This document shows, one piece after another, positions 30,842-38,676 of a stretch of DNA of 64,000 nucleotides. A model generated the notes under the pieces. It searched no databases, was not told the DNA's origin, and saw nothing but the letters and a program-made list of their open reading frames with translations. The stretch spans positions 427-64,426 of the forward strand of contig CAZDCW010000003.1 of assembly GCA_964504135.1 (NCBI GenBank). Reading direction: 5' to 3'. The translations under genes and the position numbers were made by a program. The stretch comes from an uncultured Methanosarcinales archaeon. Lineage in GTDB: Archaea; Nanobdellota; Nanobdellia; Woesearchaeales; UBA10216. The number at the start of each line of letters is the position of its first letter. The stretch's first letter is position 1.

Positions 30842-30911
30842 CGGCAGCAGGCACAAGGGAAAACTATAAATACTTTATGTTATTTCAATAACAAAAAATC
30901 AGGTAATTGTT

Positions 30912-31577
30912 ATGGTAACCGCAGCCAATCTTGTGCAAAAGTGGGTTAGGGAAAGGCCAATGATAGAAGAGTCCCTAAGACAGGGCCTTGTCAATTATGC
31001 GGCCCTGGCTGAAAGGATGCACAAGCATGTGGAAGCAGGGCTGGGGAAAAAGGCAACCATGCCCGCCATTGTGATGGCTCTCCGAAGATACCAGGAGCAG
31101 CTCCAAGGCAACGAGCCGAAGAAAGCAACGGCATTGTTTGGCAGGGAGATAATCATGAAAACAGGCATAGCAGACATAGGCGTAATGAAAAGCGCAAGCC
31201 TTGCTGCAAAGCTTGAGAAGCTCTATAAGATTGTTGACCTGAGCAAAGGCGACACGCTGAACCTGGTGCATGGGAACCACGAGGCAAGCATAATAACCAG
31301 CGAGAAGTACATGGAGAAAGTCCTTGCTGTCCTGATCCCTGAAAAGGTAATACTGCGGGAAAAAGGGCTTGTGGCGCTTTCGCTTTCCATTTCCGAGCAG
31401 CATATTTACACTCCAGGCACCATTTTCATCGCTGCCCGCCAGCTTGCATGGGATAATGTGAATATTTTCGAGATTATTTCCACAGCGACTGAACTGACTT
31501 TCATAGTGAGCAGGAAAGATGCCATCCGCGCATATAATTCGCTTTCTGAGCTTGCTTCAGGCCAGCATCAGGCCTAA
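30912..31577 (+). CDS. ACT-domain-like protein, possible amino-acid-binding regulatory protein
   Basis: The C-terminal LVALSLSISEQHIYTPGTIFIAARQLAWDNVNIFEIISTATELTFIVSRKDA resembles aspartokinase ACT repeats. It is divergent from lysC. Confidence 0.35.
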   Translation: MVTAANLVQKWVRERPMIEESLRQGLVNYAALAERMHKHVEAGLGKKATMPAIVMALRRYQEQLQGNEPKKATALFGREIIMKTGIADIGVMKSASLAAKLEKLYKIVDLSKGDTLNLVHGNHEASIITSEKYMEKVLAVLIPEKVILREKGLVALSLSISEQHIYTPGTIFIAARQLAWDNVNIFEIISTATELTFIVSRKDAIRAYNSLSELASGQHQA

Positions 31578-31627
31578 ACAGCAGGCAGCCTGTAAAAATT
31601 ATAAACAGCAGCGCTTCCCCACAGTAA

Positions 31628-32503
31628 ATGACAACAGTTTTAATGCTGAATGAAGGGCCAACAGGAGTAAGCGCGTACATGGCAGAAAAAAGCCATGGCA
31701 TAGAGACACTCGTAAGGCAGCATGGTGCGGATGCCTTGTTCGCATACTATGGTGACGACAGAAACGACCTTCCAGCCTTGCTCCACGAAAATACGGCCCT
31801 GCCCGCATGCCCTCCGGACGCCACTTATTGCGTTATTCAAACCGTCAAATCAATCGGGGGAATTGTGACGGAAAACCCCCTGCTCGCAGGTTTCTACGAG
31901 GTATACGCGCGTGCATGGGCAAGAGGGCTGACAGCAGTAATAACAGACAGGGATGGGTCAATAGTAAGGCAGGGCGACTATTCATCAGGAGCAGACTTCC
32001 ATAAGTTAGCGCGTGGCATGGGCCGGGGAGGAAAACCATGGATATACTTCCTCACTGGAGCAGGTGCAGAGCAAAACCTTGCCTTGATAAAAGGCTTAAA
32101 CCTGCACCGAATAGGCGGAAAAACCAGAAAGAATCCTTACCTGGTAATGGCCGAAAACGGGCTTACCAGGGTAAACATATATGACCCTTCTGATGTTATT
32201 GACAACATTGGCGGGATAGACCCGGACACCTTTAATAAAATGCCTGGCTTCAGGCAAACAGTCCTGGAACTTTTGCAGCCTGTTCTGCAAAAATACGGGT
32301 TTTCGCTGGCCACCGATGAAAAGAAACAGGACAGCCAGGTCGGGTATCCAAACAAAAAAGGGGGAGCCTCAATAGACCTGCCCAGAAATGTAGGCGGGCA
32401 GGATTATAGGGGTACAGAGGCTGCATGGCAATTCAAAGCTGAATTGCTGGAAGTTATGATATGTGCAGCAGAGATGAACAATTTACCCTGGGCAATGGCA
32501 TGA
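31628..32503 (+). CDS. hypothetical protein with partial HAD-like motif
   Basis: YYGDDRNDLPAL resembles HAD motif IV. There is no motif I, and a stop lies immediately upstream of the ATG. Confidence 0.3.
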   Translation: MTTVLMLNEGPTGVSAYMAEKSHGIETLVRQHGADALFAYYGDDRNDLPALLHENTALPACPPDATYCVIQTVKSIGGIVTENPLLAGFYEVYARAWARGLTAVITDRDGSIVRQGDYSSGADFHKLARGMGRGGKPWIYFLTGAGAEQNLALIKGLNLHRIGGKTRKNPYLVMAENGLTRVNIYDPSDVIDNIGGIDPDTFNKMPGFRQTVLELLQPVLQKYGFSLATDEKKQDSQVGYPNKKGGASIDLPRNVGGQDYRGTEAAWQFKAELLEVMICAAEMNNLPWAMA

Positions 32504-32558
32504 AGGGGAAATCTGGCCATAGAAACCTTTATAATATTCTGCCAACGAACTCAAGCCA

Positions 32559-32801
32559 ATGCCAAAATTCAAGGTCATATATGACAAGCCGACGTGCATT
32601 GGCGCGGCGAGCTGCGTTGCTGTGGCCCCGAAATTCTGGGAGCTTGTAGGCGACAAGGCTGAGCTTGTAGGCGCGACTTTCAACGAGGCCACAAAGAAAT
32701 TCGAGCTTATAGTGGAGACTCCTGAGGATATCCAGCTGAACCAGGACGCTGAGGCTGTATGCCCTGTTGCGGCGATTAAGGTGGAGAAGATTTCTGATTA
32801 A
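32559..32801 (+). CDS. small ferredoxin-like iron-sulfur protein (divergent single-cluster Fer4 type)
   Basis: 80 aa. Cys ligands in KPTCIGAASCVAVAP and a C-terminal CP motif. Confidence 0.55.
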   Translation: MPKFKVIYDKPTCIGAASCVAVAPKFWELVGDKAELVGATFNEATKKFELIVETPEDIQLNQDAEAVCPVAAIKVEKISD

Positions 32802-33077
32802 GCGTGTGGTTGAGGAGTCACAATGGCAACAATATTCCCCTTACAAATGAAAGATACCCTGAGTTCCGTGCGGTCAAAGGCTTTGGTACCAAAACCATAT
32901 TCCATGGAAAACGCAATAAAAAGTTTGCCCGGAAAAACCACCGGACATTTCCGGAAGGTTTGCGCACAAGGCTTTCAGGCCCTGCGCACTGGGAATTTCG
33001 CCGTTCCAGACATTTGAGGCATTAGCACTGGACAGCTGGCAGGTTGATTCTTATAAAGAAGGGCCAGATTGCTTATA

Positions 33078-33151
33078 GAAATGAAATGGCCGCGTCGTCT
33101 AAAGAATAGGACGATTCAATCACAGGGATCTAATCCGAGTTCAATTCTCGG
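33078..33151 (+). pseudogene. degenerate tRNA-like element (Val-CAC-like anticodon loop, no stable anticodon stem)
   Basis: 74 nt. It has an acceptor-like stem GGCCGCG/CACGGCC with one mismatch, a D-arm GTCT/GGAC, and a perfect T-arm CCGAG-TTCAATT-CTCGG. The 17 nt where the anticodon arm should be pair only 2 of 5 times. Its loop ATCACAG has U33 and a purine at position 37. Confidence 0.3.
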
Positions 33152-33509
33152 CACGGCCGCATTTTTGTCGTCTAATGGACGGACAATTCCTCTTCGCAGT
33201 GTATATTCAGCATCATCAGATATAAAAAACTTTTGAAAATCCTCTTCGGGTCAGGAGGGCTGGCGCGGCAAATGCTGCGCCGGCATTTATCATCATGGGG
33301 TTCATCACAGTTAACGGCCGGATGCTGGATTATGCTGAGTGCAGGAGGCAGGCCAAGGCAGTTGAGGCTGAGGCTTTGCGTGAAATTGGGGAAGTTTTGT
33401 CCAAGTACGGGTTTAGGGTTGAGGGTGATGGGAAAACATTTGTGCTCGATAGATTGAATTTGGCTGTTTCTTTGGAAATCAGGCACATGAATTATGAATG
33501 GCAGGCTGG

Positions 33510-33597
33510 CAGTACGCCTCCGGACCGTACACGTTACCAATTCCCGAAAGGGGCTGCTGAATCCAGGGCAGCCACAGCCCGCTACTGTCAGTCAGGT
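33510..33597. repeat. family-2 element, long form, copy A
   Basis: ccgtacacgttaccaattcccgaaagggg...cagggcagccacagcccgctac. About 75% identical to copies B and C. Confidence 0.6.
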
Positions 33598-33708
33598 TAG
33601 TTCAGGTTAAGTTAATCCATCTCCTCTATGTTTTAACTGGTATCTAATGTGTGTGTCCTATAAGGATTGCACAATGTTTAAATTGCTGGCACAAACACAA
33701 CTGTATCA

Positions 33709-33981
33709 ATGAGGCAAATCACCGATTCAAAGCTGGACAAGTATTTCTCCATTACAGCGCTTGCCATAGAAAAGGCAAAGGCGAATCATGACGGTGGGAA
33801 AGTCGCCCTGGATTTCCTTGACATGGCCGAAAGATACCTTTCTGATGCCAGGCATTTCAGGCAGAAGGGAGACTACGTCTCTGCATTTGGCGCTGTTAAC
33901 TATGCCCATGCGTGGCTTGATGCTGGCGCCCGGATTGGCGCTTTCAGGGTTAATGACTCCAGTTTGTTTGCCAGCGATTAG
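33709..33981 (+). CDS. small alpha-helical protein (HEPN/DUF357-like), hypothetical
   Basis: 90 aa. Contains ...GDYVSAFGAVNYAHAWLDAG... Confidence 0.35.
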   Translation: MRQITDSKLDKYFSITALAIEKAKANHDGGKVALDFLDMAERYLSDARHFRQKGDYVSAFGAVNYAHAWLDAGARIGAFRVNDSSLFASD

Positions 33982-34673
33982 TGGTAGGCTGGGCTTTGGG
34001 CAGGGATTGCCACTTCAAAGGCTGTTCCCTCCCCTGGGGCTGATTTTACCCTGATTATTCCGCCAAGCTCATCAACTGCCCGCTTTACAGAGTATAGGCC
34101 AAGTCCTGTGCTTCCCTTTGTGCTGTAGTGCGGCTCAAAGGCGTGGCTTAGGTCTGTCATTCCTGGCCCTGTGTCTGCAACGCCGAGGACAACATAAGGC
34201 AGGGAGTCGTGAGTGGATATAAGCACCCTTCCGCCCTTTGGCATCGCGTCGCTTGCGTTCTGGACCAGGTTCTGCATTATTGTGTAGACATCAAGCGGTC
34301 TGCCTCTTATAACGCCTGATGACTGTAGGTCGTATTCGAATGCGACGTTATGTGCGTTTGCCTCAAAGAGGCATGACATGTCCCTTACCACCCGGCTGAG
34401 GTCCCAGTAGTCCTCTTTTGCCCCGGTGATGTTCATGAGCTGTGTGGCCAGGCTTGCTGTGTAGCGGCAGACGTCTGAGGCCTTGTCTATGATTTGAGCT
34501 GCCTCTGCGTTTTCTACCCTGCCTTTTGCGTACCGCAGGTATAGGACCGCTGCTCCAAGGGCGTTCTTTATGTCATGGCCTGCGCATTCGGCCAGCAGGG
34601 ATAATTTGTCAAGCTGGCCATTGTAATCGCTGACTGCAACAGCGTCACCTGTCATAGTGTTCATTGTGATCAC
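33978..34673 (-). CDS. sensor histidine kinase core (HisKA + HATPase_c), no sensory domain
   Basis: H-box HDIKNAL. N, G1 and G2 boxes (QNLVQNASDA; DTGPGM; GSTGLGL). 231 aa. Confidence 0.75.
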   Translation of the reverse strand: MITMNTMTGDAVAVSDYNGQLDKLSLLAECAGHDIKNALGAAVLYLRYAKGRVENAEAAQIIDKASDVCRYTASLATQLMNITGAKEDYWDLSRVVRDMSCLFEANAHNVAFEYDLQSSGVIRGRPLDVYTIMQNLVQNASDAMPKGGRVLISTHDSLPYVVLGVADTGPGMTDLSHAFEPHYSTKGSTGLGLYSVKRAVDELGGIIRVKSAPGEGTAFEVAIPAQSPAYH

Positions 34674-34783
34674 CCTGTTATCGTGCTGTACAGTTATATC
34701 ATTTCAGCCATATTATATTGTCCTGAAACAGAAATGAAACAAATGTCAAAAAATTTTTAAACCATGCGGGCTGATGGAAAAAA

Positions 34784-35317
34784 ATGGATGAGATTGATGA
34801 TGAGCCTTGCCCTGTCTGCAGGGAGAAAAAGCTGATTCTTACTGAGCGGGAGGAGGATATCCCGTATTTCGGTCGGGTCTACCTTTTCTCAATGACCTGC
34901 GCGGCATGCAAGTTCCACAAGGCGGATGTTGAGTGCATTGATGAGAAGGACCCGGTAAAGTATACGATAGACGTAAGCGGCGAGGAGGACATGAAGATAA
35001 GGGTTGTGAGGTCCAGCCAGGCGACAATCAGGATTCCTCATATTACTACAGTTGAGCCTGGGATAGCCTCGCAGGGGTTCATAACAAATGTCGAGGGCAT
35101 TATTAACCGGGTAAAGGGCCAGCTTGAGGGCATTAAGCAGGATGACGATGACCCGGATGCCTACTCAAAGGCCAGGAATCTTTTAAAGAAGCTCAACAGG
35201 GTGGTTTGGGGTCAGGAGAGGATGAGGCTGATTATTGAGGATCCGAGCGGGAACAGCGCAATAATCAGCGACAGGGCGAAGGTGGAACGGTTCAGGAAGC
35301 AGTCACCTTCTGCGTGA
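34784..35317 (+). CDS. ZPR1-type zinc-finger protein
   Basis: CPVCREKK...CAACKF four-Cys finger followed by a beta-rich domain. The size, 177 aa, is typical of archaeal ZPR1. Confidence 0.65.
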   Translation: MDEIDDEPCPVCREKKLILTEREEDIPYFGRVYLFSMTCAACKFHKADVECIDEKDPVKYTIDVSGEEDMKIRVVRSSQATIRIPHITTVEPGIASQGFITNVEGIINRVKGQLEGIKQDDDDPDAYSKARNLLKKLNRVVWGQERMRLIIEDPSGNSAIISDRAKVERFRKQSPSA

Positions 35318-36490
35318 GTATCCTGCCACAATCCTTCTGGGAAAATTTCTTGAAAAATCCCTTTTCGGCATTATGAATTGGACCCGCCTGAAGGAGGGGA
35401 CAGGTTGCCTTTGGATGCCAAGCGACCTGTCCTCCATGACATGCCTGAAATTCTCATGGTCCGCTTCAGCCAAAATCGAAATTGCCTTGCCAGACTTGCC
35501 AGCCCTTGCAGTCCTCCCAATCCTGTGGACGTATTCTACGCTGGTTTTCGGGATGTCGTAGTTGAATACGTGGGATACGTTCCTTATGTCCAGGCCCCTG
35601 GCTGCGACGTCAGTCGCTACAAGGATATGGACCTTGCCTGTTCTAACGTCCCGCATCACCGCATTCCTCTTTGCCTGCGTGTGGCCCCCGTGTATGGCCA
35701 CCGCATTTATTCCGTTGGCTGTGAGGTTCCTTGTTACAGTGTCCACTCTTGACCGCGTGGCGCAGAAGACGATTGAAAGCCCGGGTTTCTCCTCTGAAAT
35801 CAGGTGGAGAAGGATGGAAAACTTGTCCTGGGGCCTTACGTCGTAGTAAAGCTGCTTGAGCGCTCCTTTGTCAACATAGGGGTTTGCCCGCAGCATATGC
35901 GGCGCCTTCATGTATTCAGACGAGATTGACCTTACCTCCGGCCCTATGGTGGCTGAGAACAGCATTGTCTGCCGTTCCCTGGGCAGGGTTTTGATTATTC
36001 TCCTTACGTCGTCTATAAACCCCATCTCGAACATTTTGTCAGCCTCGTCAAGGACAAGGAATTGCAGCCGTCTGAAGTCAGCCGTGCGCCTTGAAAGGTG
36101 GTCGAGCATCCTGCCTGGAGTCGCGACTATTATCTCGCTCCTTCGCAATGCGCTGATTTGCGGCTCGATGTCTACGCCTCCGTAGACTGCGGCTATTGCC
36201 AGTTTTTTGTTTCTGGAGAGCCTTCTGAATTCAAATGCGACCTGCTCGGCCAGCTCGCGCGTTGGCGCCAGCACAAGGCACTGCACGCCCTGTCCTGGGG
36301 TTGCCTTTGATATTATTGGCAGCGCAAACGCGGCTGTCTTTCCAGAGCCTGTCTCGCTCTGCGCTATTACATCCTTTCCGGACAGGAGTGCTGGAATGGC
36401 TTTCTCCTGTATGAATGTGGGCTTCTCATAGCCAAGGCCAGCCACGGTGCTTACCAGATAGTCTGGCAAATTTAATTCACTGAATTCCAT
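35303..36490 (-). CDS. DEAD-box ATP-dependent RNA helicase
   Basis: Q-motif/PTFIQ, AQSETGSGKT, TPGR, LDEADKM, SAT, ARGLD, HRIGRTAR. Confidence 0.9.
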   Translation of the reverse strand: MEFSELNLPDYLVSTVAGLGYEKPTFIQEKAIPALLSGKDVIAQSETGSGKTAAFALPIISKATPGQGVQCLVLAPTRELAEQVAFEFRRLSRNKKLAIAAVYGGVDIEPQISALRRSEIIVATPGRMLDHLSRRTADFRRLQFLVLDEADKMFEMGFIDDVRRIIKTLPRERQTMLFSATIGPEVRSISSEYMKAPHMLRANPYVDKGALKQLYYDVRPQDKFSILLHLISEEKPGLSIVFCATRSRVDTVTRNLTANGINAVAIHGGHTQAKRNAVMRDVRTGKVHILVATDVAARGLDIRNVSHVFNYDIPKTSVEYVHRIGRTARAGKSGKAISILAEADHENFRHVMEDRSLGIQRQPVPSFRRVQFIMPKRDFSRNFPRRIVAGYSRRR

Positions 36491-36691
36491 TTTATTACCT
36501 CACTTGTTTTATTTAGAATTAGCACTCCTCAATGACTGCGATTCGCACTAATCTATGGACAGGCAATTTTAGTTGGCTTATAAACCTTTTGGTTTTCGGT
36601 TTTTTGTGCAGGCTAGTGGCATGACACTGCTTAATTTTAGGTAGCAGGCTGACTCAGCGAAGGTTTGTAGTTTGACAGTTAAATCAGTGAA

Positions 36692-36775
36692 CATTGCAAA
36701 CCAGTGAACTCCAAGCCGTACACGTACCGATTCCCGAAAGGGCGGCTGAAGCAGGGCAGGAACAGGCGGCTACCA
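36692..36775. repeat. family-2 element, long form, copy B
   Basis: cattgcaaaccagtgaactccaagccgtacacgtaccgattcccgaaagggcggctgaagcagggcaggaacaggcggctacc. Confidence 0.6.
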
Positions 36776-36815
36776 GTAATAGCTACCAGTAATAAAATAG
36801 CTACCAGTAATAATG
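36769..36815. repeat. three tandem copies of a 13-mer (gctaccagtaata)
   Basis: The tandem array abuts the 3' end of family-2 repeat copy B. Confidence 0.6.
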
Positions 36816-36862
36816 TGGTTATTCAACCAATTGTTCAACTAAATCATGTTCAGTGCCATGGA

Positions 36863-37270
36863 TTACCCTTCTCCGCCTGAGTCCGTATTGAAGTGCAGCC
36901 TGCCGAGGTTGTCTGTCTGGAGCCTGCCTTTCAGAAGGTAAACTTTGCCTGGTGTGAGCGGGCATTCAGCCTGGCAGTTGGTTCCTGCGCATTGCAGGTT
37001 TGTGGGCAGGCGTATGCTTCCTTTGGCTTCTTCTGCGAGGAATAGCTGTGCCGTGCAGGTCTGGCAGCAGGGGTTGGAGGCAGGGCAGGGCTCATTGCTG
37101 CATGAAGTTGTGTTGATTACCATTGCTGACACGCGCATTTCCTGGCCAAGCAGCCTGTCGGAGTTTTCTATCAGGTCAGGGAGGGAGTATGCTGAATCAG
37201 CCTTGCCGCAGCCTGTGATTAGGGCTGCCATGAAAAGCCCCAAAATCAGGTAGTATCTGTTTCCTTTCAC
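36863..37270 (-). CDS. Cys-rich secreted/lipoprotein-like protein
   Basis: N-terminal hydrophobic signal ending in ITGC (lipobox-like), and 12 Cys in a 135-aa product. Confidence 0.4.
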   Translation of the reverse strand: MKGNRYYLILGLFMAALITGCGKADSAYSLPDLIENSDRLLGQEMRVSAMVINTTSCSNEPCPASNPCCQTCTAQLFLAEEAKGSIRLPTNLQCAGTNCQAECPLTPGKVYLLKGRLQTDNLGRLHFNTDSGGEG

Positions 37271-37343
37271 CTGCCTGAATGCTGGAGGCAGGTATTTAAA
37301 CCATTCGGCAAGATTTAAAAAGATTCAGCCCTACCTTTCTCAT

Positions 37344-38069
37344 ATGAGGAGAGTTGCTTTTATCTTTCTGCTTCTGCTGTTGCCTGTTGCCCGCGCAGAG
37401 CAGTTTTTTGCTGACGTTACAATTTCAGTTGATGGGACAGGCTCTGCCAGGATTAGGGGCATTTCCAATCATCCGCTTCTTGCAGAGCGTACAACTCAGG
37501 AGTTCACTTCAAAGAGGGGCAGCCACTGGCTGCTGAACATAAGTGTCAATGACTCATTCTCCGAGTATGTCTATTCTGTTGAGTTGCCAGCAGGAGCTGA
37601 GATTAATTACATTAAGAGTTCAGGGCAGATTAGGATTGGGAATTCAGGCGACCATTCCTTTGTGAAGGGCACTGGTAAGGGACAGGTGCTGGCTATTGCG
37701 GTGGAGTATAGCATAGCAGAGGGTATCCGGAGTGTTCCTGTGGCGGCTGGAATTGCTGTCCTCCTCGCGGCTGCTGGAATTGGCTGGCTGGCTTTCCGCA
37801 TCGCCAGCTCCAGGAGGCGCCCTGTTTCTTGGTACAGGAAGCAGCTTCTGCCCCCCCGCCAGCTGCAGATTGTTGAGCTGCTGGAGAGGGCTGGCAAGCC
37901 GCTTACCCAGAAGCAGGTAGAGGCCGCTGTTAAAATTCCTAAGTCATCAATATCCAGGAATCTGGAGAGCATGGCCAGGAGCGGCATCATTTCAAAGGAA
38001 ACCCATGGTATGACTAATGTGGTTTACCTTAACCAAAGTCCGCCTGACAAGGCGTTTAGAAACCTTTAA
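37344..38069 (+). CDS. membrane-anchored winged-helix transcription regulator with extracytoplasmic N-terminal domain
   Basis: Signal peptide MRRVAFIFLLLLLPVARA, an ectodomain of about 130 aa, one TM helix (GIAVLLAAAGIGWLAF), and a C-terminal wHTH (LQIVELLERAGKPLTQKQVEAAVKIPKSSISRNL). Confidence 0.5.
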   Translation: MRRVAFIFLLLLLPVARAEQFFADVTISVDGTGSARIRGISNHPLLAERTTQEFTSKRGSHWLLNISVNDSFSEYVYSVELPAGAEINYIKSSGQIRIGNSGDHSFVKGTGKGQVLAIAVEYSIAEGIRSVPVAAGIAVLLAAAGIGWLAFRIASSRRRPVSWYRKQLLPPRQLQIVELLERAGKPLTQKQVEAAVKIPKSSISRNLESMARSGIISKETHGMTNVVYLNQSPPDKAFRNL

Positions 38070-38189
38070 ATATTACTGCCCAATCCTCCCCTGTATATGG
38101 CTTTGCAGTCTTTCTACATTGCTGGTGCAAATTAATTCCCGCCAAGGCTATGTTGTAGGAGGTGGCAGGGCCATTTGCCGCGTTGAGAT

Positions 38190-38293
38190 GCCCTGGTAGT
38201 GTAGTCCGGCCTATCATGCAGCCCTGTCAGCCGCAGTAGGCAGAACGGCTGCGACCCGGGTTCAAAACAAGTGTGAAAGTCCCGGCCAGGGCG
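38190..38293 (+). tRNA. tRNA-Asp (GUC) with two introns (canonical 37/38 and T-loop 59/60)
   Basis: Perfect 7-bp acceptor GCCCTGG/CCAGGGC. The D-arm follows the archaeal tRNA-Asp pattern. Anticodon stem CAGCC/GGCTG with loop CUGUCA, then about 16 nt of insert, then C. T-stem CCGGG/CCCGG encloses a 20-nt loop TTCAAA[ACAAGTGTGAAAG]T. No CCA is encoded. Confidence 0.6.
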
Positions 38294-38307
38294 CTTATGC
38301 TTAGGGT

Positions 38308-38411
38308 GGGCCGGTAGCGCAGCCTGGAGGCATGCTGGGCTATAGCGCGTCTGCCTTTTAAGCAGACGGTCACGGGTTCGAAACCAAGGCACGAAAGTCC
38401 CGTCCGGCCCT
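38308..38411 (+). tRNA. tRNA-Lys (UUU) with two introns (D-loop and T-loop 59/60)
   Basis: Acceptor GGGCCGG/CCGGCCC. D-stem GCGC/GCGC encloses a 24-nt loop, which includes an insert of about 15 nt. Anticodon arm TCTGC-CTTTTAA-GCAGA. T-stem ACGGG/CCCGT with loop TTCGAA[ACCAAGGCACGAAAG]T. Confidence 0.6.
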
Positions 38412-38433
38412 TTTATGGTATTGCAGGTAACAA

Positions 38434-38676
38434 ATGACCAAGAAGGTTGACGTAAAGAAACACGTGCTTGTGCCCAGGGGGCAGAAACTGGGTGAGAAGG
38501 AGAAGGAGGAGCTGCTTCAAAGGTACAGTATAGGTATTGCAGAGCTTCCCAGGATTAAGAAGAGCGACCCCATGCTGGGTGGAATGGGTGCAAGGCCAGG
38601 CGACGTGTTTAGGATTCAGAGGAACAGCCCTACTGCTGGAAAGACTGTGTTTTACAGGGTGGTTGTAAGTGGGTAG
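38434..38676 (+). CDS. rpoH: DNA-directed RNA polymerase subunit H (Rpb5 homolog)
   Basis: 80 aa. Ends in ...ARPGDVFRIQRNSPTAGKTVFYRVVV. Sits immediately upstream of rpoB. TATA-like ttttatgg lies about 20 nt upstream. Confidence 0.85.
   Translation: MTKKVDVKKHVLVPRGQKLGEKEKEELLQRYSIGIAELPRIKKSDPMLGGMGARPGDVFRIQRNSPTAGKTVFYRVVVSG

Noticed and set aside
32804-33025. Two overlapping plus-strand ORFs (73 and 64 aa) after the ferredoxin gene
   Set aside because: They are mutually exclusive frames and Arg/Lys-rich low-complexity, with no start context. The region is more likely non-coding DNA flanking the degenerate tRNA.
33078-33151. A minus-strand tRNA at the tRNA-like element
   Set aside because: The reverse complement gives a nicer acceptor (a G-U instead of an A-C mismatch) but no anticodon arm. 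The sole hairpin then falls where a D-arm with a 5-bp stem would be. Neither strand yields a functional cloverleaf.
33295-33600. 101-aa ORF as a real gene over its whole length
   Set aside because: Its last 30 codons are the translation of family-2 repeat copy A, which recurs in non-coding contexts. At most the first 65 aa or so could be genuine. I left it unannotated.
36769-36815. Possible CRISPR array (also considered for 63831..63920)
   Set aside because: The units are 13 nt and 30 nt and directly tandem, with no spacers. The second set is coding (PDYPEPDTPV). I found no cas genes and no repeat-spacer architecture anywhere in the window.
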